Source: Candidatus Poribacteria bacterium | GTDB lineage: Bacteria > Poribacteria > WGA-4E > WGA-3G | Length of the DNA stretch: 64,000 bases | Assembly (NCBI GenBank): GCA_965198235.1 | Contig: OZ240248.1 | Location: 32,001 to 96,000 of the forward strand | Reading direction: 5' to 3' | Shown here: positions 20,391 through 29,820 of the stretch, piece after piece | Layout: each line of letters opens with the position of its first letter | Numbering within the stretch: the stretch's first letter is position 1 | The notes under the pieces: generated by a model | Databases searched by the model: none | The model's input: the letters and a program-made list of their open reading frames with translations, nothing else | Told to the model about the DNA's origin: nothing | Program-made: the position numbers and the translations under genes

Positions 20391-21083
20391 ATGAAACGCA
20401 TATTCACGATTATGGCAATATGTGTTATCGGGTTTCTTCTTATGGCACAATTTGCTACTGCCTTAGACAAAATTGAAGGTCCTTGGATGTGGATGATCAC
20501 CGAAAGCCCCGCAGGCGGAGGCGGTGCTGCCGTAACAGATGACGACGGTATCGACGACGCAACAAAGGGTAAACTGACCGAGGAAGACGTTGCAGAACAA
20601 GGACTTACGAAGAAAATTCTGAAGGTCAAATTTGCCGAAAATTACAAATGGACCGAGGGAGAAATCTCCGCAACCGGGGGGAACAACATCAACGACACGC
20701 TCATAAAGATTAAGTTGGGCCCCGGGGGCGATGTCAATGACCACTGCTCCTACGCCGTGATCAACGCTGTATCAAAGGCTAAGAAGAATGGCGTTGAAGC
20801 CCGTGTCGGCAGTGATGATTCCGTTAAGGTCTGGATGAACGGCAAAGAGGTTCACAAAAACGCTATCAACCGCGGTGCGGGTGATTTTCAGGACACATTT
20901 AAGGTAGATATCAAAAAAGGCGATAACGTCTTTATGGTTAAAGTGTGTGAACGCGGCGGTGGGTGGAGCATGTTCGCCGGGATTGACGCGCCTTTGGAAT
21001 ACAACCTGAAGTTCAAGGGACTTCCCGTTGAACCTGCTGGAAAATTAGCGACGCAGTGGGCAGAAATCAAACGTTCTTACTAA
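20391..21083 (+). CDS. Secreted beta-sandwich protein (one GSDDSVKVW domain) with C-terminal VEP...W motif
   Basis: Signal peptide; GPWMWMI...VGSDDSVKVWMNG...GDNVFMVKV; ends VEPAGKLATQWAEIK. Confidence 0.85.
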   Translation: MKRIFTIMAICVIGFLLMAQFATALDKIEGPWMWMITESPAGGGGAAVTDDDGIDDATKGKLTEEDVAEQGLTKKILKVKFAENYKWTEGEISATGGNNINDTLIKIKLGPGGDVNDHCSYAVINAVSKAKKNGVEARVGSDDSVKVWMNGKEVHKNAINRGAGDFQDTFKVDIKKGDNVFMVKVCERGGGWSMFAGIDAPLEYNLKFKGLPVEPAGKLATQWAEIKRSY

Positions 21084-21091
21084 GTTGGCAT

Positions 21092-21151
21092 TTTTAGCCG
21101 GTATTATTGTTCCGGGAGTTCGCAATCCGGAACCGTTTTTACCGGCTAAAA
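21092..21151 (+). terminator. Long hairpin / probable terminator
   Basis: TTTTAGCCGGTA/TACCGGCTAAAA outer stem with inner GTTCCGG/CCGGAAC. Confidence 0.5.
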
Positions 21152-21350
21152 CCGCACAAAGTTTTTTGTGCTTGATTTAATTGTGGTATATTTGTTAAAC
21201 TACTCTAAAGAAGTTGTCCTATCTTTGTAAGTATCGGCATTATATTGTAGCCACGATTTTCTGATCACGGTGCAACCGGACCCGCGAGAACGGGCAACGC
21301 TAATTTCACTTTGTTTGATTTAAAAGTAAAAAATTAATTGGAGGATTTTC

Positions 21351-22583
21351 ATGTATAGGAAACTTTTTACAATAGGGTTGGCATGTCTCATGACCCTCTT
21401 GGTCATGACGATGACGAACGTCGCTGATGCCCAAGATAAAATTACCGGTCCATGGCTTTGGATGATTGCCCCAACGGAAGCCGGTCAAGGCGGTGCAGCT
21501 GCTACAGATGTCGATTCGCTTGCTGAAGCCAGCGGTGGTGATGTTACCGAAGAGATGATCGCCGCAAACGGTGCCAACGAAGGCGATGCTGTCGGTGATT
21601 TGGCATGGACACTCGGCGAGATTACCGAAACAGGCGGTAATAACGTCAACGATACCGTCACTGATATTGGCTTGGGTGAAGGCGATGTCAATGACCATTC
21701 GTCTTACGCGCTCATCACGCTTGAATCCGATTCCGATCAAGACGGCGTAGATATGAAAGTTGGCAGTGATGACTCTGTCAAGGTCTGGCTCAACGGTGAA
21801 GAGGTTCACAAAAACGCTATTAACCGGGGTGCTGGTGACTTTCAGGACACATTTCAGGTTGATATAAAGAAAGGCGATAATCTGTTGCTCGTGAAGGTCA
21901 GTGAGCGTGGTGGTGGTTGGAGCATGTTCGTCGGTGTCGATGCCGATGTGACTGCTATCTTTAAACCCGCTACTCCGGGTGTAGCTGGAAAAATTACGGG
22001 TCCATGGCTCTGGATGATTGCCGCAACAGAAGCAAATCAAGGCGGCGCAAATTCCACTGATGTGGATTCGCTTGCTGAAGCCAGCGGTGGTGATGTCACT
22101 GAAGATATGGTCGCAGCAAACGGTGCCAAGGAAGGCGATGCTGTCGGTGATTTGGTATGGACGCTCGGTGAGATTTCCGAAACCGGTGGCAACAACATCA
22201 ACGATCTCGTCAACGAGATTGGCTTGGGCGAAGGTGATGTCAACGACCATTCGTCTTATGCACTCATCATCCTTGAAACTTCCGAAGCTCAGGATGGCGT
22301 TCCGGCGAAAGTCGGTAGTGATGATTCCGTCAAAGTCTGGTTCAACGGTGAAGTGGTTCACACAAACGCCGTCAACCGGGGTGCTGGCGATTTCCAAGAT
22401 GATTTCAAAGTTAACTTGATCGCAGGTAAAAATGTCCTCTTGGTGAAGGTCAGTGAACGCGGCGGCGGTTGGAGCATGTTCGCCGGTGTCGGTGGTACAT
22501 GGGATATTTACACCGGTGGATTTGTTTCCGTTGAACCTGCTGGAAAACTCTTCACAACTTGGGGAAGCCTGAAAACCAAGTAA
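21351..22583 (+). CDS. Secreted protein with two tandem copies of the same beta-sandwich domain; paralog of 20391..21083
   Basis: Internal duplication starting KITGPWLWMIA twice; very acidic; ends VEPAGKLFTTWGSLK. Confidence 0.88.
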   Translation: MYRKLFTIGLACLMTLLVMTMTNVADAQDKITGPWLWMIAPTEAGQGGAAATDVDSLAEASGGDVTEEMIAANGANEGDAVGDLAWTLGEITETGGNNVNDTVTDIGLGEGDVNDHSSYALITLESDSDQDGVDMKVGSDDSVKVWLNGEEVHKNAINRGAGDFQDTFQVDIKKGDNLLLVKVSERGGGWSMFVGVDADVTAIFKPATPGVAGKITGPWLWMIAATEANQGGANSTDVDSLAEASGGDVTEDMVAANGAKEGDAVGDLVWTLGEISETGGNNINDLVNEIGLGEGDVNDHSSYALIILETSEAQDGVPAKVGSDDSVKVWFNGEVVHTNAVNRGAGDFQDDFKVNLIAGKNVLLVKVSERGGGWSMFAGVGGTWDIYTGGFVSVEPAGKLFTTWGSLKTK

Positions 22584-22615
22584 TGTTTGGCTTTGCCATG
22601 CATAGTTAAAAAATT

Positions 22616-22659
22616 AAAGGACGCAGTCAAAATGTATCGGCTGCGTCCTTTTCCTTTTT
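22616..22659. terminator. Probable bidirectional intrinsic terminator
   Basis: AAAGGACGCAG/CTGCGTCCTTT stem, T-tract on + and A-tract upstream, between convergent genes. Confidence 0.7.
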
Positions 22660-22667
22660 AAGTCTTG

Positions 22668-23519
22668 CTATCGTCCCATGAGTTCCATAAAGACTGGTAG
22701 CGATTCCCTAAATCCGTCCTCGCGTGTCCCGCCCACCGGCGTGTAGACGCTCTCTAAGGAGATCGCACCGTCGTATCCGTCCCGTTTCAACGCATTCACG
22801 ATGTCATTGTAGTAAGGATCCATCTGTCCTTGGCGCATCGCACAGAAATCGAATGTCGCCGCTGGGAGATTCACGACACCGTCTTTGAGGTGAACATGTG
22901 CAATGTGCTCGCGGATAATTTCGTAGCCGTTCGGATAGGGGATTTCGGTACAATAGAGGGAACTGCACGGATCCCAGAGTACTTTCAGATGTGGCGCGTC
23001 TAATTCATCAATCAACTTTCTCGCAAGGTGTGCCGATGTCACGTTACCGGAGATTGCTGTTTCCATAACGAGCGTAATGCCCGCCGTATCGGCGATTCGC
23101 AACGGTTCCTTTAACCTTTTCAGGAGTGTCGTCCAAGCACCTTCGGAGATAATGGGTTCCGCCCCAAAAAGCACCATCTCTTTTCGGAAACTGAAAATCC
23201 GGACCAGGTTCGTGCCAAGTGCTTGGGCAACATCAATACACCGTTGTAACGTCGCAATGTGTGACCGATATGCCGGCGCATCAACTGTCGTATCCAGAGG
23301 AAGTGCCGTGAGATTGTGATGCGAGATACACGACATCTTTAGATTCCGCTCCTCGATTAACCCTTTGACTCGCTCTATGTCCGCATCCGTCAGATCGCCA
23401 ACCTGTTTTTCCCAAAGGTACTGTAATTCAACGTATTCCAATCCAGTTTCTACCATCGTATCGAGCGCATACTCGAAGTCCCGGCTGATTCCATCTGTGA
23501 TAGTTCCCAATTTGAGCAT
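22668..23519 (-). CDS. Sugar phosphate isomerase/epimerase (xylose isomerase-like TIM barrel)
   Basis: LVMET, LWDPC, HVHLKD, GYDGAISLE metal-ligand motifs. Confidence 0.88.
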   Translation of the reverse strand: MLKLGTITDGISRDFEYALDTMVETGLEYVELQYLWEKQVGDLTDADIERVKGLIEERNLKMSCISHHNLTALPLDTTVDAPAYRSHIATLQRCIDVAQALGTNLVRIFSFRKEMVLFGAEPIISEGAWTTLLKRLKEPLRIADTAGITLVMETAISGNVTSAHLARKLIDELDAPHLKVLWDPCSSLYCTEIPYPNGYEIIREHIAHVHLKDGVVNLPAATFDFCAMRQGQMDPYYNDIVNALKRDGYDGAISLESVYTPVGGTREDGFRESLPVFMELMGR

Positions 23520-23596
23520 TCAATCCCTCGCAATTTCTTTGTCTTTGTAGGCTTCAAAAATGCTAAATACACTCTCGCAAGATTCCTGCCTCACAA

Positions 23597-24490
23597 TTAT
23601 TTCGTTTTTTGAATCTCGATACCTGCAATGTTTTCAAGGATTTTGATAATCGTCCAGTTATCCTCGTCAGGGTTTACTGCTTTTCCCGCTTGAAACAGTT
23701 CAAAAGCGGCACTTGCCGCGAAGAGTGGCACCCCACAATCACTTGCCATGTTTTTCGCCAAAGTAAGATCCTTATACATTGTGCCGATATTACTTTGTCC
23801 CTTGAAATTCCGATCCAAGATATTTTGTGTTGTGTCTCTGAAAAGGAAATTCCCAACAACACTTGTGCTGACAACGTCGCGAAGTGTTTCCGGTGCTACA
23901 CCCGCCTTCACCGCCAACGTCAGTGCTTCAAAGATACCGGCATAGGTAACGCCTATTAGAACTGCGAGTGCAGATTTGACGGTTTGCCCCATCCCAGCCT
24001 CTTCCCCAACATGATAGATATCCCGTCCGACTGCTTCGAGCACCGGTTTTGATGCTGCAAACGTCTCCTTTGGTGCCGACACCATCATTGTAAGGGTTCC
24101 AGCGGCTGCACCCGGTGCCCCGCCACTGACAGGAGCATCAACAATATTAAACCCTTTTTCTGTCACCAGTTCAGCGACCTCCATCACCTGTGAGCGCCCG
24201 ATGGTCGCCGTACAGATGACCGTGCTTCCCGGTTTGAGTCCTGCCAATAACCCATCTTCTGTAAGAAGTGCTGCTTTGACCTGTTCGACATTCAGCACCA
24301 TGATAAAGACGGTGTCTGCAGCTGCGCCTACTTCACGCGGCGATGTAGCGGCGTATGCACCCTCTTGTGTAAGTGTTTCCAACGGCGCTGGGAGGACATC
24401 ATACACTGTGAGTTCGTGTCCAGCTTTCAGGATGTTTCTTGACATCCCCATCCCCATGTTGCCAACCCCGATTAATCCAACTTTTGCCAT
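23597..24490 (-). CDS. NAD-dependent beta-hydroxyacid dehydrogenase (3-hydroxyisobutyrate/L-threonate dehydrogenase family)
   Basis: VGLIGVGNMGMGM, DAPVSGG, GQTVK, MYKDL. Confidence 0.9.
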   Translation of the reverse strand: MAKVGLIGVGNMGMGMSRNILKAGHELTVYDVLPAPLETLTQEGAYAATSPREVGAAADTVFIMVLNVEQVKAALLTEDGLLAGLKPGSTVICTATIGRSQVMEVAELVTEKGFNIVDAPVSGGAPGAAAGTLTMMVSAPKETFAASKPVLEAVGRDIYHVGEEAGMGQTVKSALAVLIGVTYAGIFEALTLAVKAGVAPETLRDVVSTSVVGNFLFRDTTQNILDRNFKGQSNIGTMYKDLTLAKNMASDCGVPLFAASAAFELFQAGKAVNPDEDNWTIIKILENIAGIEIQKTK

Positions 24491-24738
24491 AAATTACCTC
24501 AAGGAGTCTCATAAATAATAGTATGTAGAAATGACACAGATTGCGCATCCTTTAGGAGTTGTATTTTGTATACGATCCCGCTGCAACTATGCCAGCAAAC
24601 ATCGGTTGAGTCTATCACAAATTTTCGGAAATGTCAATCAGTTTCCGATCCGGCGATGCACATGTAATTTTTATGCGAATTTTTCTGGTTTATGCTATAA
24701 TTAGGCATTCATACAAGAAAAAGAAGGAGCCAAAACAA

Positions 24739-25776
24739 ATGGCAGATACCATCAAAGGTGCCGTCCTCGGGTATGGAGCGGCATTTAATATGGGCAAAGC
24801 CCACGCAAATATGATGCAAAATACAGACGGCATCGAATGTGTTGCCATCTGTGACATCGACCCGGCGCGAACAAAAGCCGCGCAAGAGGATTTTCCCGGA
24901 GTCCGCACCTATAACTCGGTTGAAGAACTCAATGCGGACGATGGCATCGATCTTATCGCGAATGTCCTTCCGCATAGTCTGCACTGTGGTCCAACTGTAG
25001 CAAGTCTTAAAGCAGGCAAGCATGTCATTGTCGAGAAGCCGATGTGCGTCACAATCGCAGAAGCCACTGAAATGATTACAACCGCCGAAGAGAATGATGT
25101 TATGTTATCCGTTCATCACAACCGACGGTGGGATGCCGACTTTTGGACGCTTCGTGAACTCGTCCATTCTGGTATCATCGGCAAAGTCTTTAGTGTTGAG
25201 ATGTGGGGTGGCGGCTATGGTAGACCCAATCCAGATTGGTGGCGCAGTGTCAAGGCGATCTCCGGTGGACAATTCTACGATTGGGGTGCCCACTACCTGG
25301 ATTGGCTACTCAATATTATTGAGACACCCATGATTAATGTCATCGGCTTCTATCAACCGAACCTCGTTTGGGACGATATTACCAACGAGGACCATGTCCA
25401 AGCAATTATTCGATTTGCGGGCGGAGAGGTCGTTGCGGATGGAGCGGCGGCGAATATCCAGATGTCTAACATCGCGAAAATTGGTGGACAGCGGTGGAAA
25501 CTGCTCGGCTCACACGGCGCGATTACCTCCGAAGACGGAGGGTTTAAGGTTTTATCCGAAGTCAAGGGACAGCCCAAAGAGCAGCAGGTCGGTCATCACG
25601 GCAGACCGGGACCTACCTACTATGAAAATATCGTCGCCTATTTAAACGATGGCACGCCACTGCTTGTGACACCGGAGTCGGCGCGCCGCGTCATCGCTAT
25701 CATGGATTTGGCGGAAAAATCTGCCAAGACACATCAGGCAGAAACCGTGCCTTACGAGTTTGAATCAGCCGTGTAA
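24739..25776 (+). CDS. Gfo/Idh/MocA oxidoreductase
   Basis: GKHVIVEKP, HNRRWD, GGQFYDWGAHYLD; RBS AAGGAG. Confidence 0.92.
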   Translation: MADTIKGAVLGYGAAFNMGKAHANMMQNTDGIECVAICDIDPARTKAAQEDFPGVRTYNSVEELNADDGIDLIANVLPHSLHCGPTVASLKAGKHVIVEKPMCVTIAEATEMITTAEENDVMLSVHHNRRWDADFWTLRELVHSGIIGKVFSVEMWGGGYGRPNPDWWRSVKAISGGQFYDWGAHYLDWLLNIIETPMINVIGFYQPNLVWDDITNEDHVQAIIRFAGGEVVADGAAANIQMSNIAKIGGQRWKLLGSHGAITSEDGGFKVLSEVKGQPKEQQVGHHGRPGPTYYENIVAYLNDGTPLLVTPESARRVIAIMDLAEKSAKTHQAETVPYEFESAV

Positions 25777-25813
25777 TGAAATGGAACGGCACCCAGACTT
25801 AATAGTTAAAAAA

Positions 25814-26830
25814 ATGAAAGCTATCGTTTTTGAGAAAATTCAGCAATTACGTATCCATGAGAAACCCATCCCTACACTCACTATCGGTGATGTGCTCATC
25901 CAGATGGAACTCTGTGGTATTTGTGCGTCTGACCTCGCCGCGCTACGTGGAGATGTATCGGATTATGCACCACCCGTCGTGATGGGACACGAACTCGCAG
26001 GCGTAGTGGTAGAGAGTCGACATCCCGATGTCAAAATCGGGGAACGGGTTACTGTCAATCCGATGCTTTCCTGCGGTGTATGTCCCGAATGCCAGAACGA
26101 TCTGGACAAATACTGCAATACCATTGAGGGCATCGGTCACGATATTGATGGTGGCTACGCCGAATATATGCGGATGCCAAAACACGGCGTGGATACCGGC
26201 AAGCTTATCCGAGTGCCCGACAGCGTTCCACCTGAAGAGTTGCTCTTTCTGGAACCCTTGGGCTGCTGTCTGAATGCAATGCGGGAAACCCTTTTCAAGA
26301 ATTCTGTTGCTATTCTGGGTGCCGGTCCCATCGGCTTGATATTCACGCAATTGGCGAAGCGAGCGGGTTTGACAACCTATGTGTTTGAACCACTGGCTCA
26401 CCGCAGGGCTGTCGCCGAAACCCTCGGTGCCGATCTCACTTTTGATACCTCACCCGAGGCTATCGCGCAACTCCAGGACATCACCCGTGGGGGGGTCGAT
26501 ACTGTCATCTCTTCCACAACCAACAATGCGTCCGTAATTACACTCGCTTTTGATATTGTCCGCAGAGGCGGATGCGTCAACTTCTTTGGGCTCGCTCCCG
26601 ATGGCGAAACGCTCAATATCAATTTAGAAGAATTCCACTATGCAGGTCATAAACTGATGGCTTCGTGGGCGTTTTCTCGCGCCAGTCTTGAAGAGGCACG
26701 GCAACTCCTGATAGAAAGAGCATTCAATTTTGAGCCGCTGTTAACAGATCGGTTTCCAATTGCACAAGGTTTAGCAGCGTTCGATAATGCTGGCGCAGGG
26801 CTTGGAGTCAAGACGGTAATCCATCCGTAA
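25814..26830 (+). CDS. Zn-dependent alcohol/polyol dehydrogenase
   Basis: CGICASD, GHELAG, CGVCPEC...C, GAGPIG. Confidence 0.92.
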   Translation: MKAIVFEKIQQLRIHEKPIPTLTIGDVLIQMELCGICASDLAALRGDVSDYAPPVVMGHELAGVVVESRHPDVKIGERVTVNPMLSCGVCPECQNDLDKYCNTIEGIGHDIDGGYAEYMRMPKHGVDTGKLIRVPDSVPPEELLFLEPLGCCLNAMRETLFKNSVAILGAGPIGLIFTQLAKRAGLTTYVFEPLAHRRAVAETLGADLTFDTSPEAIAQLQDITRGGVDTVISSTTNNASVITLAFDIVRRGGCVNFFGLAPDGETLNINLEEFHYAGHKLMASWAFSRASLEEARQLLIERAFNFEPLLTDRFPIAQGLAAFDNAGAGLGVKTVIHP

Positions 26831-26844
26831 TAACACATGCCTTG

Positions 26845-27000
26845 GTGATAGCACCCAAACCTAAAGGGTTGGGCTTCGGTTTCATAGCAACTGCGTTTTT
26901 CCCAAAGGGTCAAACGTCTTATTGTCGCTCCACCTGCGGGGATTTATTCCGAATCAGATCGGTTTTATGGTCTCGTTAGACCGCTACCCCTACCCGCAAA
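26845..27000 (-). ncRNA. Probable TnpB omega/reRNA scaffold (5' boundary approximate)
   Basis: Region from tnpB 3' end to the right-end TCAC; position inferred from known TnpB biology. Confidence 0.55.
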
Positions 27001-28085
27001 ATGTTTTTCGCAGCATTTATATCTCTATCGTGAGAGGTGCTGCATTTCGGACATGTCCAGTCTCTGTCTGATAGTGTGAGCGTCTCATTCTTATGCTCAC
27101 AGACGTTACAGGCTTTTGTCGTCGGTTGCCACTGTCCTGCTTTTGCCAATGTTTTACCGTATTTCGCACATATCCACTGAAGTATGAGAGCAAACTCACC
27201 GAAGGCGAGATCGGAGACTTTCCGACCCCACAGGCGTTTCATGCCATCAAGGTTTAGGGTTTCAATCGCAAGCGTATCATACTTTCGCAGAAGCCGAAGG
27301 GCCAACTTGAAGAACCAGTCTCGCCTTCTATTGGCGATCTTCTTATAGACACGTGCGAGGTGGCGTTTCGCACGATACCAACCATTGGAGAGATATTGCT
27401 TTCGTGAGAGTGCTTTATTTGCTGAACGGATTTCATTCAGGCTTTGCTTATAGAACTCTGGTGATTCTATCTTGATACCGTCTGAGAGTGTGAGAAAGGT
27501 TTTCATACCGAAGTCCGCCCCTGCTACATTACCTGTCAGTGGAAGGACTTCAGTGGGTTCAGGATTTTCACAGACGATTGTTAAATAATAATCACCAACA
27601 TTATCACGTTTGATGGTGACTTTCTTGACTGTGCCAGTGAATTCACGGTGTTTCCAAAAGGTGAACCACTTTTTTAGACAGCCGATATAGATACGATTGC
27701 CTTCAATCTTATACCCCGCTTGTTTCAATGTGAGAGAGTTGTATTTATGCTGCGGTTTGATATGCGGTTTACCCACTCGTCGGGTCGTTTTACCAGACTG
27801 CCGATCTTCTATATTATCAAAGAAACGCTGATATCCTAAATCAATACGCTTCGCAACGTCTTGGATCGCTTGACTTGGAAGTTGTTTCCAATGCGGTTTT
27901 GTCCGTTGTTTTAACTTCGTGATATGTTTGCATATCCGTTCAAAAGACGCATATTTACCATAGATACGGAAATACCTTCGCTGCAACCTTAGGAGGTGGA
28001 CATGCACTTGGTGCATATCGGCTAAAAGATTGCCGATAAGGATCGTATTTGACTGGTGATATAACTCATATCTCTCTGTTTTCAC
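26976..28085 (-). CDS. tnpB: RNA-guided endonuclease TnpB
   Basis: RuvC D (GADFGMK), E (AIETLN), D (DRDINAAKNI); Zn finger CNVC/CPKC; GTG start. Confidence 0.93.
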   Translation of the reverse strand: MKTERYELYHQSNTILIGNLLADMHQVHVHLLRLQRRYFRIYGKYASFERICKHITKLKQRTKPHWKQLPSQAIQDVAKRIDLGYQRFFDNIEDRQSGKTTRRVGKPHIKPQHKYNSLTLKQAGYKIEGNRIYIGCLKKWFTFWKHREFTGTVKKVTIKRDNVGDYYLTIVCENPEPTEVLPLTGNVAGADFGMKTFLTLSDGIKIESPEFYKQSLNEIRSANKALSRKQYLSNGWYRAKRHLARVYKKIANRRRDWFFKLALRLLRKYDTLAIETLNLDGMKRLWGRKVSDLAFGEFALILQWICAKYGKTLAKAGQWQPTTKACNVCEHKNETLTLSDRDWTCPKCSTSHDRDINAAKNILRVGVAV

Positions 28086-28212
28086 TGGAGTTCACGTATC
28101 GCGCTTTTTAACCCCTTCAGAGTGGGTAGGCAGACACATAACCTTGCGATTATGCTATGAATGTCTGCCAACGTGATACATTAATTATAACACATTTTAA
28201 TAGCAAAGTCAC
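28086..28212 (-). promoter_or_regulatory. tnpB promoter (GTGACT-17-TATAAT, extended -10) and conserved structured 5' leader
   Basis: Near-identical to 47491-47614 upstream of the second tnpB; GGCAGACA/TGTCTGCC stem enclosing a GCAA-tetraloop hairpin. Confidence 0.7.
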
Positions 28213-28534
28213 GCTTATTTTTAAACAACGCCTCGGTCTTATTCACGAGGGCGGACTTTCATCCCAAACCTGAAGGATTGGGCTTTCAGTCCGTGAACAT
28301 CGTAATTTTCCAACTTGTTACTTTCACCTCGATAAACCTAATAAATGCAATTAGATTTCTAAAGATTTTTGGACAAACATCCCCCCGTAACGTATTTTAA
28401 ACGCATTTTGTTTGACTTCGTTGCTTTTTTGTGGTATCTTTAATAATATAGGGTGCTAAATAGGTCTAATCACAGACATATAGGGAGATACCAATTTCGG
28501 TATAGTTTGCGAACCGAAACTTGCAATAACAAAT

Positions 28535-29374
28535 ATGATCCTCGGTGCACATGTATCTACTTCAGGCGGCTTACACAATGCCATTACAAATGGCGATAAA
28601 CTCCACTGCGACACAATCCAAATTTTCTTAAGAAACCCAAACCGGTGGGCGGCGAAACCGCCGACCCCCGCAGTAATTGATAAGTTTCGTGATGCTTGGG
28701 CAGCATCTCCGATTGGAGATGTGATTGTTCACGATATTCACTTGAGCAATCTCGCTTCGCCGAAAACAGATGTCCGTGAAAAATCACGCCAGCAGTTTCA
28801 CGAGCAAATGGAACTTGCGGATACACTCGGTCTCCGATATATCGTGACACACCTCGGCTCGCATCTCGGCGAAGGTGAGGAGCTCGGCTTAAAACTGTTA
28901 AGCGAGAGCTTCGAGTTTCTATTTGAAAACGTTGATGCACCGGATGTCACTGTTCTCCTTGAAACGACCGCTGGACAAGGCACGAACCTCGGCTACTGCT
29001 TTCAACACTTGCGTGATGTCATCGGTAGGTCGAAATACCCAGATCGATTTGGTGTCTGTTTGGATACCTGTCATGTTTTCGCCGCTGGCTACGATATCCG
29101 GACTGAGGTTGATTGCGAGGCGACCTTTAATCAGTTTGACGAGGTTATCGGCTTAGCGCGATTGAGGGCTTTTCATCTCAACGACGCAAAATCGACCTAC
29201 CAGAGTCGCGTGGACCGGCATGAACACATCGGCGATGGCAATATCGGTGCAACCGCATTCGCTTATATCCTCAACGATTCCCGGTTCTCGGAAATTCCAC
29301 TTATCATTGAAACACCACAGATGGAGACAATGCACGAGACAAACCTCACAACCTTACGCAGATTAAGTGTGTAG
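28535..29374 (+). CDS. nfo: Endonuclease IV
   Basis: LGAHVS, LLETTAGQG, GVCLDTCH, HLNDAK...DRHEHIG, IIETP. Confidence 0.95.
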   Translation: MILGAHVSTSGGLHNAITNGDKLHCDTIQIFLRNPNRWAAKPPTPAVIDKFRDAWAASPIGDVIVHDIHLSNLASPKTDVREKSRQQFHEQMELADTLGLRYIVTHLGSHLGEGEELGLKLLSESFEFLFENVDAPDVTVLLETTAGQGTNLGYCFQHLRDVIGRSKYPDRFGVCLDTCHVFAAGYDIRTEVDCEATFNQFDEVIGLARLRAFHLNDAKSTYQSRVDRHEHIGDGNIGATAFAYILNDSRFSEIPLIIETPQMETMHETNLTTLRRLSV

Positions 29375-29426
29375 AGTGGTCTGCAGGTTTTCCCTATTGC
29401 GTGTAAAGAACGGCGGAGAGTAAAGG

Positions 29427-29606
29427 GTGTCTATCGGTTTTTGGGAAGTTACCTTTCTCATTATTCTTTTTTTCGGAATCGTCATTGTGTCTCGTTTTGT
29501 TGAACGCTTTCGGATGAAACGTATTTGTCCTGAGTGTGGATTGGCAATTCGTACAGATACGCAAACCTGTCCGTCGTGCAAGTACAGTTTTCCTACAAAG
29601 GCATAA
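29427..29606 (+). CDS. Small membrane-anchored zinc-ribbon protein (59 aa; below the ORF-track cutoff)
   Basis: GGAGAG RBS then GTG; MSIGFWEVTFLIILFFGIVIVSRFVERFRMKRICPECGLAIRTDTQTCPSCKYSFPTKA; ends 4 nt before copZ ATG. Confidence 0.75.
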   Translation: MSIGFWEVTFLIILFFGIVIVSRFVERFRMKRICPECGLAIRTDTQTCPSCKYSFPTKA

Positions 29607-29610
29607 AATC

Positions 29611-29820
29611 ATGGACAAAACAAAATTAAAAATCAGCGGAATGTCCTGTCAACATTGCGTCAAAACCGTAACGGATGCACTCATAGAACTTCCGGGCGTT
29701 CGGCGTGCGAAAGTAAACTTGCGCAAAGCCGAGGCTGTCGTTCACTTCGATGCCTCACGCGTCACCCCTGCAAATCTCACAGAGGCGATAACCGCAGTGG
29801 GTTTTAAGGTTTTTGAATAA
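29611..29820 (+). CDS. copZ: Heavy-metal-associated (HMA) copper chaperone, CopZ-like
   Basis: LKISGMSCQHC...GF motif, 69 aa. Confidence 0.88.
   Translation: MDKTKLKISGMSCQHCVKTVTDALIELPGVRRAKVNLRKAEAVVHFDASRVTPANLTEAITAVGFKVFE

Larger units (their letters stand above)
26845..28301 (-). mobile_element. IS200/IS605-family (IS1341-type, tnpB-only) element
   Basis: Minus strand left end TTAC|GATGTTCACGGACTG-AAAG-hairpin; right end GAAG-hairpin(CCCAACCCTTTAGGTTTGGG)-TGCTA-TCAC; no tnpA. Confidence 0.8.

Noticed and set aside
21255-21310. c-di-GMP-like riboswitch upstream of 21351
   Set aside because: Only vague resemblance; conserved GGCAAA/GAAA/GCAAA core not matched
21306-22397. 363-aa antisense ORF
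   Set aside because: Shadow of the + strand gene, which has RBS, signal peptide and paralog; the same applies to the other short overlapping ORFs in the track
26976-28085. Cas12 or nuclease-dead TldR interpretation of the TnpBs
   Set aside because: No CRISPR array, IS ends present, and RuvC D-E-D intact in both proteins
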